NCBI GenBank assembly: GCA_963555995.3
Contig: OY821641.1
Coordinates: 704,001-768,000, forward strand
DNA length: 64,000 nt
Direction: 5' to 3'
Source of the DNA: Vicinamibacteria bacterium
GTDB lineage: Bacteria > Acidobacteriota > Vicinamibacteria > Marinacidobacterales > Marinacidobacteraceae
Positions within the stretch are counted from its first letter, which is position 1, and every line of letters starts with the position of its first letter. Below the pieces are notes generated by a model. It saw only the letters and a program-made list of their open reading frames with translations, ran no database searches and had not been told where the DNA came from. Shown in pieces: positions 58,442-64,000 of the stretch. The position numbers and the translations under genes were made by a program.

Positions 58442-59536
58442 CTACAGCCAGGCGGGCGTCGGGACGGTGAGGCCCGCGGTTTCGGGGAAGCCGAGGAGGA
58501 GGTTCATCCACTGGACGCCGCCGCTCGCGGCGCCCTTCCCGAGGTTGTCGAGCGCCGCGAAGGCGACGACGGTCTCGCCGTCGGTGCTGGCGCCCACGAC
58601 GGTGACCGCCGAGCCGACGGCTTCCTTGAGCCGCGGCGCGGAGGCGATCCGGACCAGCGGGGCCCCGGCGTAGAAGTCGCGGAACGCCGCGTCGAGGTCC
58701 CCGGCGGTCAGCGGCGACCGGCTCCTCGCGAAGACGGTGGCGTGGATGCCCCGCGCGAACGGCCCGGAGTGGGGAACGAAGCGGACGCGCGCCGGGGGCT
58801 CCCCCGGGACCGCCAGCAGGTCCTCCATTTCGGGAGCGTGCCGGTGCTGGAGCGGCTTGTAGGCGAACAGGTTCGCGTGGCGGAGCGGATGGTGCGTGGT
58901 CTCCTTCGGCATGCCGCCCGATCCGGTGCTGCCGGTGACCGCGGAGACGTGGAGTTCGGGCTCCACGAGCCCGGCGCGCCGGAGCGGGGCGGCCGCGAGG
59001 GCGACCGCGGTGGCGAAACACCCGGGATGCGCGACCCGCCCGGGTCCTCCGCCGGTGTCGTCCCCGGCGAGCTCGGGGAGGCCGCAGGTGAACGCGGCGA
59101 GGAGGTCCGGCTCCGGATGGGGGGTTCCGTAGATCTCCTGGTAGCGGGCCGGATCGGAGTGGCGGAAGTCGGCCGACAGGTCCACCACCGGCAGATCGCA
59201 GCCGGCCGCCTCGGCGGCGGCGAGGAGCGCGGCCACCTGCGGCGCCGACGCCTTGTGGGGCGCGGCGGAGAACGCGGCGAGGCCGGAGTGCTCCCCGGCG
59301 GCGCGCTCGAGGGTGCGGGGCAGGTCGCCCGGCGCGACGAAGGTCGCGTCCGGAAAGCTGGCCGCCAGGTTGGGGAAGGAGTCCGCGATCGGGAGTCCCG
59401 CGTGGCTCGCCGAGACGGCGCCGGCCAACCGCATGCCGGGATGCCCGGCGATCCAGCGGAGCAGCTCGCCGGCCACGTAGCCGGAGGCGCCGAGCACCAG
59501 CGCTCCGACGGGGCGCTGTCCGTTGTCGTGCATCAT
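58442..59536 (-). CDS. argC: N-acetyl-gamma-glutamyl-phosphate reductase
   Basis: GASGY, DLSADFR, PGCFAT, HRHAPE, DNLGKGAA. Confidence 0.93.
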   Translation of the reverse strand: MMHDNGQRPVGALVLGASGYVAGELLRWIAGHPGMRLAGAVSASHAGLPIADSFPNLAASFPDATFVAPGDLPRTLERAAGEHSGLAAFSAAPHKASAPQVAALLAAAEAAGCDLPVVDLSADFRHSDPARYQEIYGTPHPEPDLLAAFTCGLPELAGDDTGGGPGRVAHPGCFATAVALAAAPLRRAGLVEPELHVSAVTGSTGSGGMPKETTHHPLRHANLFAYKPLQHRHAPEMEDLLAVPGEPPARVRFVPHSGPFARGIHATVFARSRSPLTAGDLDAAFRDFYAGAPLVRIASAPRLKEAVGSAVTVVGASTDGETVVAFAALDNLGKGAASGGVQWMNLLLGFPETAGLTVPTPAWL

Positions 59537-60006
59537 GAGGTTCCTCCGGGCGGCTCCGGGCGGACCGCCGCCCGCAGCCGCTCCAGGATGCCCTGCTGCG
59601 CCGCCTGGCTGTGACTCGCGACGAAGATGGTGTCGTCGCCCCCCACCGAGCCGGCCGCCTCCGGCCACGCTTCGCTGTCAATGGCGTGGGCGACCCGCTG
59701 GGCGCCGCCGGGGAGGGTGCGGACCACCACGAGGTGCGGCCCGGCGGGGGAGAAGCCCTCGATGAGCGCCGCGAGTCCGGGAAGCTGGGAGCGCCGCTCG
59801 GGAGCGATCCGGTAGCGGCCGCCGACCTTCCGGGCGCCGATGTCGCGGAGGTCGCGGCTCACGCAGGACTGGGTCACCGGGTGTCCCTGCGCCCCGAGAA
59901 CCGCGACGAGTTCCGCCTGGGTGCGGGCCCGGGCTTCGAGGAGCGCGGCGCGCAGCAGCGCCCGGCGTTCGGCCGCCTCGTCGGGGTGCGTGGCGCTCGG
60001 TTTCAT
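59533..60006 (-). CDS. argR: Arginine repressor
   Basis: TQAEL, VTQSCVSRDL, RTLPGGAQ, GDDTIF. Confidence 0.92.
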   Translation of the reverse strand: MKPSATHPDEAAERRALLRAALLEARARTQAELVAVLGAQGHPVTQSCVSRDLRDIGARKVGGRYRIAPERRSQLPGLAALIEGFSPAGPHLVVVRTLPGGAQRVAHAIDSEAWPEAAGSVGGDDTIFVASHSQAAQQGILERLRAAVRPEPPGGTS

Positions 60007-60210
60007 ATTATGCGCAAAATATACCACAACTGCGCCGGATGGAAACGCCGGTCCCCGTCCGGTGGCGTCCACGGCCGGGAGCGCCGGTCTTCAGACCGGC
60101 ACCGCCGCACCGAGCGCGGCGGAACCGTGTACCGCTACTCCCCCGTATGGCGTCCGCGTCCCGGAACCCTGTTCCGCGGTGCGGTGTCCTCCTCTATCCT
60201 CCCTCCGCCC

Positions 60211-60741
60211 GTGCCCGACGCCGACCGCGCTTCCGTCCGCCGCCTCGTCCGCACCGCGTTCGCGGCCGGCGGGGCGGTCTTCGCGTTCATCATCTGGCAG
60301 CTCTATCTCCGGCCGCCGGCGCCCTCGGTCCCCGAGTGGACGGCGGCGCTCCCCGCGGTGAACGCCGCCTTCAACGCCACCACCACCTCGCTCATCGCCC
60401 TGGGGGTGGTCTCGATCCGCGCCGGCCGGCGCCGGCTGCACATCGCCTTCCAGATCGCGGCCCTTGTCTCCGCGGCCCTCTTCCTCGCCGGCTACCTCAC
60501 CTACCACCACTTCCAGGGGGACACCCCGTACCCGGGGACCGGGATGCTGCGTCCCGTCTACTTCTTCTTCCTGATCACCCACATCCTGTCGTCCGCGGTC
60601 TCCGTGCCGCTCATCCTCACGACGGTGGCGTTCGCGGCGACCCGGCGGTTCGCCTTCCACCGCCGCTGGGCGCGGGTCACGGTCCCGGTCTGGCTCTACG
60701 CCTCCCTCACCGGCCTGATCGTCTACGCCATGCTCCACTGA
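60211..60741 (+). CDS. DUF420-family membrane protein
   Basis: LPAVNA.FN, FL.GY..YH, Y..FLITHI, HRRWAR...PVWLY.S.TG. Confidence 0.85.
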   Translation: MPDADRASVRRLVRTAFAAGGAVFAFIIWQLYLRPPAPSVPEWTAALPAVNAAFNATTTSLIALGVVSIRAGRRRLHIAFQIAALVSAALFLAGYLTYHHFQGDTPYPGTGMLRPVYFFFLITHILSSAVSVPLILTTVAFAATRRFAFHRRWARVTVPVWLYASLTGLIVYAMLH

Positions 60742-60955
60742 CCGTCGAGCGGTTCCCGGACGGGGCCACATTCTTCGACAAGTTCGTGTCGTGAGGCCGG
60801 GTCAGTTGGAGGCCCCGTCCGAGAACCGCCCGGCGCTTCGCGCTGCGCACGTCGCAACCTCACCCCCCTCACGGCGCGCACACCGACTCCACCAGGGCTC
60901 CGAGCCGGAGAAGTACGGGCTAGGGTTCCGGTCCCTCTCGAAAAGGAGTTGTCCG

Positions 60956-61528
60956 ATGACCCGAATCCCCTTTCCCGCCGTGCTGCTCGCGCTTGCCCTC
61001 GCCCTTCCCGCCGCCGCCCAGGACGCGCTCCCCCGCGGCGCGGTGAGCGCCGACGTCGGCGGCGCGTCCGTCACGATTGACTACGGCCGTCCCGACCTCG
61101 GCGACCGCATGCTCCCCGACCTGCTCAACATGCTGCCGGAGGACCGCGTCTGGCGCGCCGGCGAGAACCAGGTGACGACCCTGGAGACCTCGGCGGCGGT
61201 GAAGATCGGCGGCGAGACGGTGCCCGCGGGCCGCTACAGCCTCTATCTCCACGTCCCGGAGTCGGGCGGCTGGTCCCTGCTGGTGAACCGGCACCAGGGC
61301 ATCGCGCTCGGCGAACTCTGGGACCAGGCGCCGGAGCCGATGCGCGCCGAGCCCTGGCCGATGCTCAGCGGCTACGGCCAGATCGAGGACCAGGAGCAGG
61401 CGCGGATCGCCCTCGACGAGGCCGAGGCCTCCGGCGCCGGCGACGTCTTCGAGATCACCGCCGGCGACGGGACGCTCCGCTTCGCCTGGGGCGGCGTCGC
61501 CTACCAGACCACCCTCGCCTCTCCCTGA
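60956..61528 (+). CDS. DUF2911-family secreted protein
   Basis: AGGAG RBS; IDYGRP, VWRAGEN..T, PAGRYSLY. Confidence 0.82.
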   Translation: MTRIPFPAVLLALALALPAAAQDALPRGAVSADVGGASVTIDYGRPDLGDRMLPDLLNMLPEDRVWRAGENQVTTLETSAAVKIGGETVPAGRYSLYLHVPESGGWSLLVNRHQGIALGELWDQAPEPMRAEPWPMLSGYGQIEDQEQARIALDEAEASGAGDVFEITAGDGTLRFAWGGVAYQTTLASP

Positions 61529-61548
61529 CCGGATAGCCGCGCCGGCCC

Positions 61549-61688
61549 GGAACGCCGGTCTCCAGACCGGCACCGCGGCCCTCCGCACCGCACCCGCCCC
61601 CACCTCACCCATCCCGGCTTGGAACGCCGGTCTCCAGACCGGCACCGCGGTGCTCCGCACCGCGCCCACCCCCACCTCACCCATCCCG
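61549..61688 (+). repeat. Two 72-bp direct REP-containing units
   Basis: GGAACGCCGGTCTCCAGACCGGCACCGCGG...CCCCACCTCACCCATCCCG twice. Confidence 0.8.
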
Positions 61689-61741
61689 ACGGCGGGTACC
61701 GCCAGGACTCCCTTCCCCCCCGCCGGACAAGCCCCGCTCCG

Positions 61742-61766
61742 GGAACGGATCGTGCTCCCGCGCGTT
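61742..61766 (+). promoter_or_regulatory. ECF-type autoregulatory promoter
   Basis: GGAAC-N16-CGTT upstream of the ECF sigma ATG. Confidence 0.65.
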
Positions 61767-61783
61767 TTGTCCTCTCGAAGCGC

Positions 61784-62443
61784 ATGGCTGACGCTGCTCT
61801 GACCCCCGCCAATCCGGCAATCCCCTTCGCCGCCTCCGGCCCCGGGGCGGCGGCGCTCGATTCCGACGCCGCACTGATGGCGCGGGTCCAGGCGGGCGAC
61901 CTCGATGCGTTCGAGCCGCTGGTCCGGCGCTACGAGCGGCGGCTCTTCGGGTACTTCCTGAATCTCGTCGAGGATCCGGCGGCCGCCGCCGACCTCGCGC
62001 AGGAGACCTTCGTCCGGGTCTACCGCGCCGCCGCGCGCTACCGGGAGTCCGGCCGGTTCGAGTCCTGGCTGTTCCGGATCGCCGCCAACCTGGTGCGGAG
62101 CCGGCAGCGCCGGCCCGACCAGCGGCTGCCGCACCTGTCGCTCGAGGAAGCGCCGACGGGGGCGAGAGAACTCGCGATGCGCGGCCGGGAGGCCCGCCCC
62201 GACGAGGCCACCTGGCGGGCCGAGGTGCGGGACGCGCTCACCCGGGCGCTCCCGCGGCTTCCGCTCGTGTTCCGCGAAGCGGTGCTGCTCCGGGACGTGG
62301 AGGGCCGGTCCTACCGCGAGATCGCGGAGATGCTGGGCGTCGAGGAGGGGACGGTGAAGTCCCGCGCCCACCGGGGCCGGCAGCGCCTGCGGGAGCTGCT
62401 CGCCCCCATGTTCGAAGAAGGATGTACCGAGGGAGTTTCCTGA
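61784..62443 (+). CDS. ECF RNA polymerase sigma factor
   Basis: DLAQETF, WLFRIAAN, SYREIAEMLG...GTVKSR..RGR. Confidence 0.92.
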   Translation: MADAALTPANPAIPFAASGPGAAALDSDAALMARVQAGDLDAFEPLVRRYERRLFGYFLNLVEDPAAAADLAQETFVRVYRAAARYRESGRFESWLFRIAANLVRSRQRRPDQRLPHLSLEEAPTGARELAMRGREARPDEATWRAEVRDALTRALPRLPLVFREAVLLRDVEGRSYREIAEMLGVEEGTVKSRAHRGRQRLRELLAPMFEEGCTEGVS

Positions 62444-62949
62444 TGGCTGGCAGACCCACCGACGACGAGCTGCGCGAGATGCTGCGCGCGCTCCCCCGTC
62501 CCGAACCTCCCTCCGGCTTCGCCGCGGGGGTCATGACCCGGGTGCGGGCGGAAGAGCGGCGCCGCCGCTTCCGCCCCTGGCTGCTCGCCGCGGCAGCGGC
62601 GGCGCTGGTCGCTTCGGGGCTGCTGGTCCGGTCCGGGTGGGACGGGACCGGGACCGAAGAGCCGCGGGTCGCGGAGACGCCGGCCCCGGCGGAGCCGGCC
62701 GTTGCGGAAGCCCGCGCGGATCCGGACGTCCAGGAGTTCGAGGAGATCGTCCGGCAATACCGGCTGCTGGCCGAAGAACTCGAGGCGATGCGCCGCCTGG
62801 GCGGCGATTCCGCCGAAGGCCCCATCCTCCGGATCGGCGGCGACGAGGACGTGGACCTGTTCCTGGACCTCGAGTCCTACCTGGCCCCTCCCGCCCGGCC
62901 GCCGGGCGCCTCGCTCGTGGTCCCCGCCTCCACCCGCCCGCGCCGGTGA
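62443..62949 (+). CDS. Putative membrane-anchored anti-sigma factor
   Basis: Coupled to the sigma gene; PP.GFA..VM motif then a TM helix. Confidence 0.7.
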   Translation: MAGRPTDDELREMLRALPRPEPPSGFAAGVMTRVRAEERRRRFRPWLLAAAAAALVASGLLVRSGWDGTGTEEPRVAETPAPAEPAVAEARADPDVQEFEEIVRQYRLLAEELEAMRRLGGDSAEGPILRIGGDEDVDLFLDLESYLAPPARPPGASLVVPASTRPRR

Positions 62950-62972
62950 TCCCAAGTTTCCAGGAGAAGAAG

Positions 62973-63734
62973 ATGATGACCTTGAACCCGAGATCCTCCC
63001 GCGCCGCCGCGCTCGCGCTTGCCGCCGCCCTCGCGGTCCCGGCGCTCGCCGCCGCGACCCCGCAGGAACCGGCCCGGGCCTTCCCGGTCCTGGCGTTCGC
63101 CGCCGCCGAAGGGGAGTCCCCCGCTCCCCAGATCCTGATCCGCGGCCCGATGCGGCCGCGCGTGGTGGTGGGCCGTTCGGGGAACGGCTATCTCGGAATC
63201 CAGTTGATCGACCTCACCGAAGAACTGCGCCAGTTCTACGGCGCCCCGAAGGACGCCGGGACGCTGGTCTCGCGGGTGGCCGAAGACAGTCCCGCCGCCA
63301 CCGCCGGTTTCGAGGTGGGTGACGTCATCACCCGCATCGCGGGCGACCCGACGGAGAACTCCTGGGACGTGGTGCGCTCGGTGACCCACTTCGACCCGGA
63401 GGAGGAGGTCGCGATCGAGGTCGTCCGCGACGGGGCCCCCGTAACGCTGACGGCCACCCTCGGCGAGCGGAAGGGAGGCGTCTGGGTCAGCAGCGGAGAC
63501 GGCCCGAACCTCGAGGAGTTCCACTTCGAGATGCCCGACCTGGAGGGCCTTGAGGTGCTGCGGGAGCTTCGGGGCGCCGTCAGTGACGAAACCCGGGAAG
63601 CCGTGCGGGAGGCCATCGAGAAGGCCCGCGAAAAGATGAGCGAGTTCGACCACGAAAGCCTTGCCGAGCGCCTCGCCGAGGCCGAGGCCCGCCTCCGCGA
63701 ACTCGAGCAAAAGCTCGCCGAACGCGAGCGCTGA
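62973..63734 (+). CDS. Secreted PDZ-domain protein with C-terminal coiled coil
   Basis: Signal peptide; YLGIQL, SPAATAG..VGDVI, VRDG. Confidence 0.82.
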   Translation: MMTLNPRSSRAAALALAAALAVPALAAATPQEPARAFPVLAFAAAEGESPAPQILIRGPMRPRVVVGRSGNGYLGIQLIDLTEELRQFYGAPKDAGTLVSRVAEDSPAATAGFEVGDVITRIAGDPTENSWDVVRSVTHFDPEEEVAIEVVRDGAPVTLTATLGERKGGVWVSSGDGPNLEEFHFEMPDLEGLEVLRELRGAVSDETREAVREAIEKAREKMSEFDHESLAERLAEAEARLRELEQKLAERER

Positions 63735-63749
63735 CGGAAACACCGGCCT

Positions 63750-63912
63750 GGAACGCCGGTCTCCAGACCGGCACCGGTACTCCGCACCGCGCCCGTCGCA
63801 ACCCCACCCACCCGCACGGCGGACCGGTCCCGAACGCTCACCCCCGGAGGTGATGCGTACGGCTTGGAACGCCGGTCTCCAGACCGGCACCGCGGTGCTC
63901 CGCACCGCGCAC
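63750..63912 (+). repeat. Two direct REP units
   Basis: GGAACGCCGGTCTCCAGACCGGCACC twice. Confidence 0.8.
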
Positions 63913-63953
63913 GGCACAAAGCTGACCTGCCTGATGGGGCTCTTCTCGCGGTG

Positions 63954-64000
63954 TGTCAAGCGACACCTAGTTTGGCCCAGATAAACGACACCTACTTTGT
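63954..64000 (+). mobile_element. Probable IS21-family-like terminus (element may continue beyond window)
   Basis: TGTCAAGCGACACCTAGTTTG...CGACACCTACTTTG tandem subterminal repeats; first 12 nt identical to 11834. Confidence 0.5.

Noticed and set aside
59998-60030. ARG box at the argR start (GCATAATATGAA on the minus strand)
   Set aside because: Plausible location but only a partial match to known consensus; not enough to call without a lineage-specific matrix
60918-60960. Guanidine-I (ykkC) riboswitch-like GCTAGGGTTCCG...GTCCGA
   Set aside because: The 3' conserved half (ACAC..GGGA.AAAAGCCCG) is absent and the segment runs into the RBS/ATG of a DUF2911 gene; an Rfam cmsearch would settle it

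Overview
High-GC bacterial DNA. The gene families suggest Acidobacteriota or a similar host-associated lineage; this is inference only. Bases ~1-35 kb are accessory: defence/TA modules (AAA_21+DUF4276, AAA_21+RloB, Phd-PIN, HicB/HicA-like, NYN), a ParA with an unknown partner, gene remnants, a tyrosine integrase, three Pro-linker Cys-rich surface lipoproteins, tandem S8 protease paralogs and tandem TPR-like paralogs. Bases ~35-64 kb are mostly housekeeping: gcvTHP, nitrilase, thyA-folA-ridA, an M16 peptidase pair, ggt, argR-C-D-F'-B and an ECF sigma/anti-sigma/PDZ operon. The most striking structure is at 16.1-25.2 kb. Two convergent lipoprotein paralogs share near-identical 5' constant halves, including a perfect 126-bp inverted repeat that ends at the constant/variable junction, but have divergent 3' halves. 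One copy has a complete signal peptide and an AT-rich upstream region, the other has a damaged 5' end, and an intact tyrosine recombinase lies next to them. This is the geometry expected of an inversion or gene-conversion surface-antigen switch, and the ~6.4-kb invertible segment carries defence/TA genes. The second major system is a REP-associated tyrosine transposase (RAYT) flanked by 85-bp and 80-bp tandem REP arrays. About 8 dispersed composite REPIN-like elements show stem covariation, internal inversion, nesting and in-frame capture in argB. All product calls come from motif recognition; no database search was run.
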